Assembly (NCBI GenBank): GCA_037446635.1
Contig: JBBIIG010000061.1
Span: 1 to 24,132, forward strand
Source: a bacterium
Lineage (GTDB): Bacteria; Zhuqueibacterota; Zhuqueibacteria; Oceanimicrobiales; Oceanimicrobiaceae
DNA: 24,132 nucleotides
Direction: 5' to 3'
Under the pieces are notes generated by a model. The model was given only the letters and a program-made list of their open reading frames with translations, was not told the DNA's origin and did no database searches. The position numbers were made by a program, and so were the translations under genes. Position 1 is the first letter of the stretch, and every line of letters starts with the position of its first letter. Shown piece after piece: positions 15,443-24,132 of this stretch.

Positions 15443-17059
15443 GCTTCCTGTCCTCTCTGCGGAGAACAAGTCGAGCGGCTGATCCTCGGACTGGATGCCA
15501 GTCCGGATGCGCGCATTGTGCATCGCATCAAAGCGCAGCATCCCGGGTGGCAGCCGGCGCAGGGCGCGTGCTCGCGCTGTCTGGATCAGTTTTACATCGA
15601 AAGCCTGCCGAATTTTCAGCCGCACCGCCACGCCACCGTCGATGGCTACGTGGTCCTGCCCACACCGCTGCGCCTCAATGCCGATCCCAATTACACCGGC
15701 AAAGGCGTCACCATCTGTTTCATCGACAGCGGATTTTACCGCCACCCGGATTTGACCAAGCCCGCCAATCGCGTTCTCAAAATCGTTGACATCACCAATC
15801 CCAATCAAAAGCCCGGTTACTTCGATGAGCCGCACGACGAAAGCTGGCACGGCACCATGACCACCGTCGCCTGCGCCGGCAACGGCTATCTCTCCGACGG
15901 ATTGTATCGCGGCATCGCGTCGGAGGCGAATCTGGTGCTGCTCAAAGTACAGGACGAGAACGGGCGCATCAGCGGCGAGAACATCGCGAAGGCGCTGCGC
16001 TGGGCAGTTGAGCACAAAGACGAGTACACCATTCGTATCATCAATTTGTCGGTGACCGACGACGACCCGATCCCGTTTCAACAAAGCGCGGTGGATCAAG
16101 CGGCCGAGGCGGCGATTCGCGCCGGCATCATCGTGGTGGCTGCAGTTGGTAACGATCCCAACGAGCCGGTGGTGCCGCCGGCCAATTCGCCCAACGTTAT
16201 TGCGGTAGGCGGCCTGGACGATCGCAACACGCTCTCCGGCGAAGATGATACAGTTTATCATTCCACCTTCGGCGTCACCGTCGATAATTTTTTGAAGCCG
16301 GAGCTCATCGCTCCCGGCATTTGGGTGGCCGCGCCGATTCTGCCGAAAACGCCGGCGCACGCCGAGGCCAAAGCGCTCTTCAAGATTTGGCGCGCGCGGG
16401 ATTCGGCCCTCAAACAAACGCTTCAAAAGGAAATTTCCAAAACTCAGCTCAATGCTTCTTTAATTCATGAAAACAATCTTTCACGGATTCGAGAGGAGGT
16501 GATCAACCGCATCGCCCAGTGCAAATTCATTTCGCCGGATTACACCCACGTGGACGGCACCTCGTTCGCCGCGCCCATCGTCTGCTCGGTGACGGCGCAG
16601 ATGCTCGAGGCGCGCCCCAATCTACTGCCGCGCACGGTTCGCAGCATTTTATTTACTACTGCCAGACCCTTAAAACACATTCCAGTGGAACGCCAGGGAC
16701 ACGGCGTCGTGAACCCCGCTGAAGCTCTCCTCAACGCCCTCCGCGAAGATCACGTTTTCAAAAGCCGGCCCCTCTCGCCATTTTTTGACTTTGCAAATCA
16801 CAAAATTATTTTTTATTATCACGATCATCACGCCCGGCGCGTGACCGTGGCCGGCAGCTTCAACAATTGGCAGCCGCAGCAATTCCTGTTCATGCACGAT
16901 GATAACGGATTGTGGACTGCCGAAATTCCGATGCTGCCAGCGGGTCAGTATTCGTACAAATTCATCGTAGATGACCAACGCTGGATCGACGACCCGGAAA
17001 ATCCCCATCGCGAGCCGGATGGATACAACGGTTTGAATAGCAAACTTATTGTAACTTAG
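15431..17059 (+). CDS. S8 (subtilisin/AprX-like) serine peptidase with N-terminal Cys/His motif and C-terminal CBM48/AMPK-beta-like glycogen-binding domain
   Basis: Triad motifs ICFIDSG, WHGT, GTSFAAP; VAAVGN oxyanion Asn; KPELIAPG. C-terminus VTVAGSFNNW...GLWTAEI..LPAGQYSYKFIVDDQRWIDDPENP...GLNS. No signal peptide. Confidence 0.9.
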   Translation: MMNYASCPLCGEQVERLILGLDASPDARIVHRIKAQHPGWQPAQGACSRCLDQFYIESLPNFQPHRHATVDGYVVLPTPLRLNADPNYTGKGVTICFIDSGFYRHPDLTKPANRVLKIVDITNPNQKPGYFDEPHDESWHGTMTTVACAGNGYLSDGLYRGIASEANLVLLKVQDENGRISGENIAKALRWAVEHKDEYTIRIINLSVTDDDPIPFQQSAVDQAAEAAIRAGIIVVAAVGNDPNEPVVPPANSPNVIAVGGLDDRNTLSGEDDTVYHSTFGVTVDNFLKPELIAPGIWVAAPILPKTPAHAEAKALFKIWRARDSALKQTLQKEISKTQLNASLIHENNLSRIREEVINRIAQCKFISPDYTHVDGTSFAAPIVCSVTAQMLEARPNLLPRTVRSILFTTARPLKHIPVERQGHGVVNPAEALLNALREDHVFKSRPLSPFFDFANHKIIFYYHDHHARRVTVAGSFNNWQPQQFLFMHDDNGLWTAEIPMLPAGQYSYKFIVDDQRWIDDPENPHREPDGYNGLNSKLIVT

Positions 17060-17099
17060 TACATCTATTTTTGAAAACAGAACACTGAGGAGCGACGCG

Positions 17100-18077
17100 A
17101 TGATCTTAGTCGGCGACGTGGGCGGCACTAAAACCCGGTTGGCGCTGTATGACTCGAAAAAAGAAAATATGATACGTGTGGAGAAAAAGGATTTTGCGAG
17201 CGCGGAGTACCAGGGGCTGGAATCCATCATCAATGACTTTTTGAGCAGAAGGAAAATCACCGTGTCAGCCGCTTGTTTTGGCGTGCCCGGCCCGGTGACC
17301 GACGGCGAATCGAGCGCCACCAACCTGCCGTGGTTTTTGAGCGAGCGCAACATTGCGGAGCAAACCGTGGTGAAAAAAGTCAGGCTGGTCAACGATCTGG
17401 TGGCGTTGACCTCGGCTGTGCCGCACCTTTGCGCCGATGAGTTAGCCATTTTATATGAGGGCAAAGACATGGATCCGCAGGCGCCGCGTGCGGTGTTGGC
17501 GCCGGGCACTGGCCTCGGCCAGGCCTTTTTGTATTTCGATGGCGCGCGCTACCACGTCCACGCCTCGGAGGGCGGGCACGTGGATTTTGCGCCCAATACG
17601 GATTTAGAAATCAAGCTTTTGAAGTATCTGCAAAACAAATTTGGCCGGGTGAGCTACGAGCGGGTTTTGTGCGGCCCGGGCCTGATCAACATTTACGAGT
17701 TTTTGAGAGACAGCGGCTACGCGCCGGAGCCGCCGGAATTGCGGGCGCGGCTGGAACAGGGGCACCGCGCCGCCGTCATTTCCACCGCCGGCCAGGCCGG
17801 AGAGTTTGAAATATGCGTCAAAGCTCTGGATATGTTTGTGAGTATCTTGGGCGCGCAGGCCGGCAACATGGTGCTGACGTTGTTGGCCACCGGCGGCGTT
17901 TATCTCGGCGGCGGCATCCCGCCCAAGATTTTTAAAAAACTGACCGACGGCGCGTTTTTGAAATCTTACTTCGAGAAAGGAAGATTGCGGCCGTTAGTGG
18001 AGAAGACGCCAGTCTATATTATCAAAGACGATCATGCCGCGCTGCTGGGAGCGGCCTATATTGCCCGGCAATTGTAA
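17100..18077 (+). CDS. glk: Glucokinase (Glk, proteobacterial type)
   Basis: ILVGDVGGTKTRLA, FGVPGPV, TNLPW, LVND, APGTGLG, SEGGHVDFAP, VSYERV..GPGL, GGVYLGGGIPPKI, AALLGAA; SD GAGGAG. Confidence 0.96.
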   Translation: MILVGDVGGTKTRLALYDSKKENMIRVEKKDFASAEYQGLESIINDFLSRRKITVSAACFGVPGPVTDGESSATNLPWFLSERNIAEQTVVKKVRLVNDLVALTSAVPHLCADELAILYEGKDMDPQAPRAVLAPGTGLGQAFLYFDGARYHVHASEGGHVDFAPNTDLEIKLLKYLQNKFGRVSYERVLCGPGLINIYEFLRDSGYAPEPPELRARLEQGHRAAVISTAGQAGEFEICVKALDMFVSILGAQAGNMVLTLLATGGVYLGGGIPPKIFKKLTDGAFLKSYFEKGRLRPLVEKTPVYIIKDDHAALLGAAYIARQL

Positions 18078-18089
18078 GTCGAAATAAAC

Positions 18090-18150
18090 ACACCGAAGCA
18101 CACTGAAAAGGCTTGTTCGGGAGATTGTGGTGGGCTTCGGTGTTTCTATT
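18090..18150 (+). terminator. Possible terminator hairpin after glk
   Basis: ACACCGAAGC (18090-18099) pairs with GCTTCGGTGT (18134-18143), followed by TTCTATTT; the loop is unusually long. Confidence 0.5.
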
Positions 18151-18229
18151 TGCGGATGGAGGTAAAAAACTTTTTGCTCCTTTCTCTCGTTACTTTTACT
18201 GCGCCTAAGTGAAAAACCGCTGCCGCTGG

Positions 18230-18258
18230 TTGCTTTTCAATTTAAAATATCTTAAAAT
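18230..18258 (+). promoter_or_regulatory. Candidate sigma70-type promoter for the PAS gene
   Basis: TTGCTT (18230-18235), 17 nt, TAAAAT (18253-18258); same -35 hexamer as the acnA candidate. Confidence 0.5.
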
Positions 18259-18290
18259 CATTTTCGTAAATTCTTTTGGCTGGGAGGAAT

Positions 18291-18947
18291 ATGAAAACGG
18301 ATTTGTTTCCTCAATTAAACGGACCCGAGGTTTTGGTTTGTATTATTGACGAGGTGTTAGGGGATTTCAACATGGGATTGTTGATTTACCATCTCGAAAA
18401 CTTAGGCGATCCCCGCACCCTTAAGCTGATCTACGCCAACCCGGCGGCCTCGAGGTACACCGGCGTCGATTTGCAGCCGCGCGTGGGCAAATACATCGCG
18501 GAGGCGTTTCCGCCGCTGACGAACACCGAACTTCCGAAAGCTTTCCAAGAGGTCATCCTTAAAAAAGAAGCGGCGCGCATCGGCATGGTGGAATACAGCG
18601 ACCATGAAATCGGGCGCAGCGCCTACTCGGTCAAAGCCTTCCCCATGCCCAACCAGTGTGTCGGCGTCGTCTTCGAAAACATCGCGCTGCGCAAGCAGGT
18701 GGATGCGCTGCTGAAAAAGCACACCAGCGAGCTGGAGGAAGAAGCAACCCATTTACAAGCTCAGTTCGAGAAGCTATCTCAAGAGTTGCTCGCCGATTTG
18801 AAACAAATCCGCTCCGATATCAAGCAGCTTGAGACCGGAAAAGCCCGCTTCAATAAAAAACAGATTCTGGCGCTGAACGATTTAAAAAAGATGGCGCAGC
18901 GCATCTCGAAATTTTTGAAATCCTGGAGCGGACTCGCCAGCAAATAG
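18291..18947 (+). CDS. PAS-domain protein with C-terminal coiled coil
   Basis: LIYANPAASRYTG.....VGKYIAEAFP...VKAFPM....VGVVFENI is a PAS fold; helical tail follows. SD GGGAGG before the ATG at 18291. Confidence 0.8.
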   Translation: MKTDLFPQLNGPEVLVCIIDEVLGDFNMGLLIYHLENLGDPRTLKLIYANPAASRYTGVDLQPRVGKYIAEAFPPLTNTELPKAFQEVILKKEAARIGMVEYSDHEIGRSAYSVKAFPMPNQCVGVVFENIALRKQVDALLKKHTSELEEEATHLQAQFEKLSQELLADLKQIRSDIKQLETGKARFNKKQILALNDLKKMAQRISKFLKSWSGLASK

Positions 18948-18952
18948 CGGGA

Positions 18953-19591
18953 ATGGCTGTGGTTTTCAAAGGCGTTAAATTTAAATTAAAAACGCGAAAA
19001 GCAGTGGCAAGCGACCGATTAAAAACTTCTGAATCCGTTATGGAATCCGTCGCCGCCGAGCTCTGGCGGCGTCTAATAAAAGGAGATGCCGAAGCGCTGG
19101 AGCAGCTTTTTCGCGCGCACTATCCCCTGCTGTTCGATTACGGCCTGAAGCTGACCCGCCAGGAAGAGTTGGTGAAAGACGGCATTCAGGAGGTTTTCGC
19201 CTACATTTGGGATCGCCGGCGAATGCTGGCAAACGCCGAGTCGGTGCGCGCCTATCTGTTGGTCTCGCTGCGGCGGCAGTTATTGCGGGCGCTCGCCCGA
19301 CAGCAGAAGCAGCATTCTCTGCAGCAGGAGCTGAGCATCAATCAGGTAGAAGAAGCGTTTTCAGCGGAAGACCTGATCATCTTCGCCGAAACCGAGGACG
19401 CCGAAAAAGCCGCCTTCAAAAAAGCGTTCTCGGAAATTCCCGCCCGCCTGCGCGAAGCCCTCTATTTGAAAACCTACGACGGCCTTAGTTACAAAGAGAT
19501 CGCCGACGTCATGCACGTCAAGCCGCAAGTCGCCCGCAATTACGTCTCCGAAGCGTTTCAGCGCCTGCGCGATAGCCTGCGCCTGGGGTAG
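18953..19591 (+). CDS. ECF RNA polymerase sigma-70 factor (FecI-like); alternative start at 19040
   Basis: GDAEALEQLFRAHYPLLFDYG, VKDGIQEVFAYIW (region 2), REALYLKTYDGLSYKEIADVM (region 4). Confidence 0.93.
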   Translation: MAVVFKGVKFKLKTRKAVASDRLKTSESVMESVAAELWRRLIKGDAEALEQLFRAHYPLLFDYGLKLTRQEELVKDGIQEVFAYIWDRRRMLANAESVRAYLLVSLRRQLLRALARQQKQHSLQQELSINQVEEAFSAEDLIIFAETEDAEKAAFKKAFSEIPARLREALYLKTYDGLSYKEIADVMHVKPQVARNYVSEAFQRLRDSLRLG

Positions 19592-19795
19592 TTCATAGTT
19601 CAAACCAAAACCCCCTCCTGGCCTCCGCCATTTTTGAGAAAAGCGAAAATGGGAGAGGAACTTTCTAAAGAGAATCATTTTTTTTATTTTCGACCATTAC
19701 ATTTCCGCTGCAATCTTCTCTTAGAGTATGGAAGCCGTAACGGGCTTTCAACCATTCTTATTCATTTCAAACTTAAATTGTAATTTTTTGTCCAA

Positions 19796-20848
19796 ATGCA
19801 AGATCTCAACTTTCTACTGGCCGATGAGTCTTTTCAACTCTGGCTCTCAAACAAAGCTTCTCAAAGTGAAAGCGAAAAATGGGACGCTTGGCTAAATTCG
19901 TCCCCCCAAAACCGTGAGTTGTATCACCAGGCGCAAAGAATTTGGCAAGCCTCCCAGTACCGTCAGGCTGATTTGCCGAATTTGAATCAGGAATGGGAAA
20001 AACTGCGCACGAGCTTGAATTTCCCTCGCCGAAGCGGGGAGACGGTTGCTGAAGTAACCAGACTCTACCCGCGCCATTCTCGCCGCGACGCCTGGGCGCG
20101 TTTTGGCGCCGCCGCGTTCGCTTTTGCGGTGTTGCTCGCCGTGATGATCCGCGCCGACTTTTTCCGCAAGACGGGCGAAACGACGGCCCCACCATTACAG
20201 GCGATGACCACGGAATTCGGGCAGCGCGCCACCATTCATTTGCCGGAGGGGATTACGGTCATCTTGAACGCCAACTCCACCTTGCGCTACCCCAGCGAAT
20301 GGAGCAGCCATCAAACTCGGAATGTGGAACTGCAAGGAGAAGCGTATTTCAGTGTGGTGCCGCCAGAAAAACCCCATCCGGAATTTTGGGTGCACACCAG
20401 CGACGGCGTAGTGAAAGTGACGGGGACGCAGTTTGCGGTTTATGAGCGCGGCCGCGGCACGCGGGTGGTGGTGGAAACCGGCAAGGTGCACGTGTCGGCG
20501 GTGGAGGCCCCCAGCGAAGTCGATCGCGAGGTTGTGCTGCCGGCGGGTCACCTGCTGCAATTCCAAAAAGACAGCCCGCTGCCGCAACCCAAAATGGTGA
20601 GCGTCCATCCCTACGTAACCTGGTGGCGCGATGAAATGGTTTTTGAAAGCGTTCCGTTCAGAGAGATCGTCCAGCGGCTGGAAGAAACCTATGGCGTTGA
20701 AGTGCGGGTGAGCGACCCGCGGCTTTTGGAGCGCACGCTTTCCGGCTCCATTGAAAACCAGAGTCTCTTCATCGTCACCGAGGCGCTGGCGAAAGCTTTG
20801 CGTGTTTCGGTGAAACGCAAAGGAAGAACCGTCACTTTTGGCAAATGA
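19796..20848 (+). CDS. fecR: FecR-family anti-sigma / transmembrane sensor
   Basis: DESFQLW..WDAWL N-terminus, one TM helix, GQRATIHLPEG..V.LNANSTL.YP, RNVELQGEAYFSV, VTGTQFAV, LEETYGV C-terminal domain. Confidence 0.93.
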   Translation: MQDLNFLLADESFQLWLSNKASQSESEKWDAWLNSSPQNRELYHQAQRIWQASQYRQADLPNLNQEWEKLRTSLNFPRRSGETVAEVTRLYPRHSRRDAWARFGAAAFAFAVLLAVMIRADFFRKTGETTAPPLQAMTTEFGQRATIHLPEGITVILNANSTLRYPSEWSSHQTRNVELQGEAYFSVVPPEKPHPEFWVHTSDGVVKVTGTQFAVYERGRGTRVVVETGKVHVSAVEAPSEVDREVVLPAGHLLQFQKDSPLPQPKMVSVHPYVTWWRDEMVFESVPFREIVQRLEETYGVEVRVSDPRLLERTLSGSIENQSLFIVTEALAKALRVSVKRKGRTVTFGK

Positions 20849-20890
20849 TTTAATTTCTAACTAACCACGCGTTTAGCGGAAGGAGGAATT

Positions 20891-23848
20891 ATGCGTATCA
20901 TACGTATTGTCGTGGCCTTCTGTCTGGTTGGGTGGTTTGCGGTCGCGGCGCAAGGGCAGGAGTTTGCCTCCAAGTCGGTTGACCGCCACCTGCTCAGCCA
21001 ACCCCTCAAACCGGTGGTCTCCCTGGGGGAAGCGTTAGCGATGTTAGAAAAGGCGTACGATGTGCACATTGTTTATGACGACGCCGTGGTGAATGGCAGA
21101 ACCGCGGCCTACCTGGCCTCGGCTGCCGCCGGTTTTCAGGAAGCGCTGGAGCTGGTGTTGGGAGAGGCGCCGATCACGTACAAAAAAGTCGGGGCGCGCA
21201 CGGTGGTGCTGCAGCCGGCGGAGCCGCCGGAGCCCATTCCGGTCATGCAAACCACTGGCACCATTAAAGGCAGAGTTACAACCGAGCAAGGCGAAAGTAT
21301 TCATCTTGCCCAGGTGCTTATTGAAGGCACTACCTTAGGGGATGCCGCCGACCAAAATGGCGAGTACGAGATAGCCGCTCCACCTGGGACGTACACCCTA
21401 CGGACAAAAGTCATTGGCTACCGCGACCAGTCGGCTAAGGTGACCGTCGTCGTGGGGGAAACCGTCACCCAGGATTTCTCCCTCACAGAAGATCCGCTTT
21501 TATTGGGCGAAATCGTTACCACCGGCACGCGGACGCCGCGGCTGAAGCTCGAAACTCCTTTGGCGATTAGCAGCTTATCGGCGCGCCAGGTTGAGCAAGC
21601 GGCGCCGCGCAGCACAACCGAGGTGTTGCGTTATGTTCCCGGATTCACGCGGGTTGAAAGCTCCGGCGGAGAAGTTAACCAAAATATCAGTCTGCGGGGA
21701 ATTTACGGGGTGGAATTGGTCAATTTTATGGAAGATGGCTTGCCGGTTTTTCCAACTATGCATACCTTTTTTATGAACGCCGATAACCTGTTTAGACCCG
21801 ACGAAAATATTGAAACCGTGGAGGTCGTACGGGGCGGCAACTCCGCTTTGTACGGCTCGAATGCGCCGGCTGCGATTATTAATTTTATCAATAAAACCGG
21901 TGGCCCCGTGTTAGGCGGGGTGACCAAGGGGACCGTTGGTACGGCGGGTTTAGCGCGATACGATTTTAACCTCAACGGTCCGCTGGGAAATAATTGGAGA
22001 TTCAATGTCGGCGGGTTCTATCGTTTTGACCGCGGTGTGCGCGACCCCGGTTTCCCCGGCATCCGCGGAGGCCAAATTAAAGGCAACATCACGCGACTAT
22101 TGGATAACGGCTACTTCCGAGTCTCGGCAAAACGCATCGACGATCGCAACCAGTTTATTCTGCCGCTGCCTTTTAGAAACCCCAGCGATCCGGAGTATGT
22201 AGACGGTTTCTCTAACTTTGGCGCCATGAACACGCTGGAAGGCAACGATCTCCGAATTCCCCTTCCTTTGGAGAATGGCGAGCTGACGCTGCCATTGGAT
22301 GATGGCATTCGAACCGATGCCTACTGGTTAACCGGCGACATTAGTTTTGATTTCCCGGGCGACTGGAACCTGCAAAATACCGCCCAGATCATGCAAAACA
22401 ACCAATCCTGGAACGCCATTCTTCCTTTTGATGTTATTCAAGCCAACGACTGGGCGCAAGACCAGCTTGACGGACTGATTGCCGCGGGCACGGTTCCGGC
22501 AAACTCCAGCTTTAGATTGCTTTTCACCAACCACTTTGATGCCGCCGGAAATAAGTTGCCATTCAATACCCCCAACGGACTGATTGCCCCGGGAGGGGAA
22601 TGGCATGTAGAGAAACCAATCTCTCATTTCCAAAATCAGATTCAAGTGAACAAAGGAATTCAGAATCACACAATTACGCTTGGATCCTACTTTGGATATT
22701 ATACTCAGAAAAACACCTGGTTCTTTACTGACATCTTAACCGACATCAGGGACAATCCGCGGTTTGTGGACATGGTGGTTACGGACCCGGCTGGTAATAC
22801 CATCCTCGAGGTCACCAAAAACGGCTTCCGTAATTTTCTTTCCAATTATGCCAACGGCAATGGCCATACGACGATCTTCTCGTTTTTCGGGTCGCTTGAA
22901 CTTAAGCCGATGGATAAACTTCGGGTAGATGTTGGCGCCCGGTTCGAGCATGATAATTTTGTTCAGGTCTCGGAAAACACCTCGCGCTTCGATCTCGATG
23001 GCAACCCAGCCACAGCTTATGACAACGAGGTCTGGGGCAATCAAACCTTCCGGCAATTTGATTTTAGCTTCGATGAATGGGCGCTTTCCGGCGGGATCAA
23101 TTATCAGTTGTCCAATCAACTGGCGCTGTTCGGACAAGCGGCTCGCGGCTACAAAATGCCGGCCCTGGATGAATATCTCTTCCCCGCCGTGGAACAGGCC
23201 GCCCTGTTTGAACCTCGGCACACCTTAACGTTCGAGGGCGGAGTGAAGTATTCTTCGCCGCTGTTTGGCGCCTCAGTAAATGGGTTCTGGGGCGAGCTGA
23301 GAGACATTACCACCCAGGGCGCCGAAGTTGACCCGGTTACAGGCGGAACGGTTTGGAGCATCATTGAGCAAGATAAGACCAGATCGTGGGGCGCTGAAGT
23401 GGAAGTCTCGGCGCGCCCCGTGCCTGAATTAAGCCTTATGGGAAATGGAACCTTTTTGAAAGCAGAGCTGGGTTCAGGCGCAGATCTCGGGAGTATTCTT
23501 GCCGGTGTCCCCCCGGTCATTGGGAATTTAAGCGCCACGTACACAAAATCGGGCTTTACTCTACTGGCAGATTGGCACTATGTGGGCCGGCGCTTCTTAG
23601 AAACCCAAGTAGAAGGAGCGGCGAGAGACAAGCTGAAGGCATATAGCTACCTCAATCTCGGCGCCTCATATAAAATTCCAAAACAGCCAATCACCCTCTC
23701 CGCTAACTTGCTCAATGTTTACCAGTCAAAGGGCTTAGAGGAAGGCAACCCACGCTTGCGCCAAGTGGGCGGCAGAACCAGCGACCTGTTCTTAGCGCGT
23801 CCCATTTTGCCGCGCCGCTTCACATTCTCGGTGGGCTATCAGTTTTAG
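20891..23848 (+). CDS. TonB-dependent receptor/transducer, probably for a sugar
   Basis: SD AGGAGG, signal peptide, N-terminal signalling extension, carboxypeptidase-regulatory-like domain (GTIKGRV..GTTLG..D.NGEY), plug (VESSGGE..NIS.RG; VEVVRGGNSALYG), C-terminal aromatic end VGYQF. Confidence 0.95.
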   Translation: MRIIRIVVAFCLVGWFAVAAQGQEFASKSVDRHLLSQPLKPVVSLGEALAMLEKAYDVHIVYDDAVVNGRTAAYLASAAAGFQEALELVLGEAPITYKKVGARTVVLQPAEPPEPIPVMQTTGTIKGRVTTEQGESIHLAQVLIEGTTLGDAADQNGEYEIAAPPGTYTLRTKVIGYRDQSAKVTVVVGETVTQDFSLTEDPLLLGEIVTTGTRTPRLKLETPLAISSLSARQVEQAAPRSTTEVLRYVPGFTRVESSGGEVNQNISLRGIYGVELVNFMEDGLPVFPTMHTFFMNADNLFRPDENIETVEVVRGGNSALYGSNAPAAIINFINKTGGPVLGGVTKGTVGTAGLARYDFNLNGPLGNNWRFNVGGFYRFDRGVRDPGFPGIRGGQIKGNITRLLDNGYFRVSAKRIDDRNQFILPLPFRNPSDPEYVDGFSNFGAMNTLEGNDLRIPLPLENGELTLPLDDGIRTDAYWLTGDISFDFPGDWNLQNTAQIMQNNQSWNAILPFDVIQANDWAQDQLDGLIAAGTVPANSSFRLLFTNHFDAAGNKLPFNTPNGLIAPGGEWHVEKPISHFQNQIQVNKGIQNHTITLGSYFGYYTQKNTWFFTDILTDIRDNPRFVDMVVTDPAGNTILEVTKNGFRNFLSNYANGNGHTTIFSFFGSLELKPMDKLRVDVGARFEHDNFVQVSENTSRFDLDGNPATAYDNEVWGNQTFRQFDFSFDEWALSGGINYQLSNQLALFGQAARGYKMPALDEYLFPAVEQAALFEPRHTLTFEGGVKYSSPLFGASVNGFWGELRDITTQGAEVDPVTGGTVWSIIEQDKTRSWGAEVEVSARPVPELSLMGNGTFLKAELGSGADLGSILAGVPPVIGNLSATYTKSGFTLLADWHYVGRRFLETQVEGAARDKLKAYSYLNLGASYKIPKQPITLSANLLNVYQSKGLEEGNPRLRQVGGRTSDLFLARPILPRRFTFSVGYQF

Positions 23849-23856
23849 CTAAATTC

Positions 23857-23888
23857 GCGTGAGGGCGATTCATGAATCGCCCTCACGC
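23857..23888. repeat. Perfect 32-bp palindrome GCGTGAGGGCGATTCATGAATCGCCCTCACGC (REP-like)
   Basis: Self-complementary across all 32 nt, 8 nt after the receptor stop. A second hairpin AACCGCCGGA/TCCGGCGGTT is at 23913-23948. Confidence 0.85.
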
Positions 23889-23985
23889 CCGCTATTTCCA
23901 ATTACGAAGCCGAACCGCCGGAAAGGGCCGTTAGCCCCTCCGGCGGTTGTGTTTCTACCCGAAAAAATTTGAATGGTGAGGAGTT

Positions 23986-24132
23986 GTGAAAACGAGAGCG
24001 GCTGTTTTATCAATCTGGCTTCTCAGTTTTAGCGCTTCCCAATCTCAAGATTCGTCGTTCATCCTCAAAACCAATGATCTGAAACCCTATGCTCCAACTT
24101 ATCTCGGCAATGGACATTTTAGCCTGACGTCA
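23986..24132 (+). CDS. 5' end of a secreted protein, possibly glycoside hydrolase family 65
   Basis: GTG start near GAGGAG; MKTRAAVLSIWLLSFSASQSQDSSFILKTNDLKPYAPTYLGNGHFSLTS is open to the window end. Signal peptide plus YLGNG, as seen at GH65 N-termini. Confidence 0.55.
   Translation, partial: MKTRAAVLSIWLLSFSASQSQDSSFILKTNDLKPYAPTYLGNGHFSLTS

Noticed and set aside
15335..17509. Minus-strand ORFs of 363 aa and 279 aa
   Set aside because: Antisense to the S8 peptidase and glk; the HHSPFTI repeats are just the translated heptamer array.
19608..19661. CCCCCTCC...GGGAGAGG segment between sigma and fecR as a riboswitch or ncRNA
   Set aside because: Only a weak imperfect hairpin with no recognisable aptamer motif; possibly a degenerate repeat but not supportable.

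Overview
A GC-rich bacterial chromosomal window; the gene style (Bacteroidota-type ECF/FecR/TonB cassette, BamB-like propeller) suggests an FCB-related lineage such as KSB1 or Calditrichota, which is inference only. The left part (minus strand) carries the 5' part of aconitase, a PQQ-like beta-propeller, a membrane protein, thioredoxin, a DUF6526-like protein and two short gene remnants (TlpA-like, DinB-like). The plus strand carries hydantoinase B/oxoprolinase, an NRAMP-family transporter and purine nucleoside phosphorylase (PNP). An AT-rich insert follows PNP: 71 bp from the PNP 3' end are duplicated ~970 bp downstream, and each copy is followed at once by a stop, an ATG and foreign cargo (small ORF plus frameshifted nucleotidyltransferase; PD-(D/E)XK-like nuclease). 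Next come a lipoprotein, a YHS-like/zinc-ribbon membrane protein, a permuted TrxR-like flavoprotein fused to a membrane polyferredoxin, an S8 protease with a glycogen-binding module next to glucokinase, a PAS protein, and an ECF sigma/FecR/TonB-dependent receptor/probable GH65 sugar-uptake locus. Intergenic regions hold many REP-like palindromes and inverted 7-9 nt tandem repeats. No rRNA, tRNA, CRISPR array, integrase or transposase was seen. All calls come from reading motifs by eye; no searches were run.
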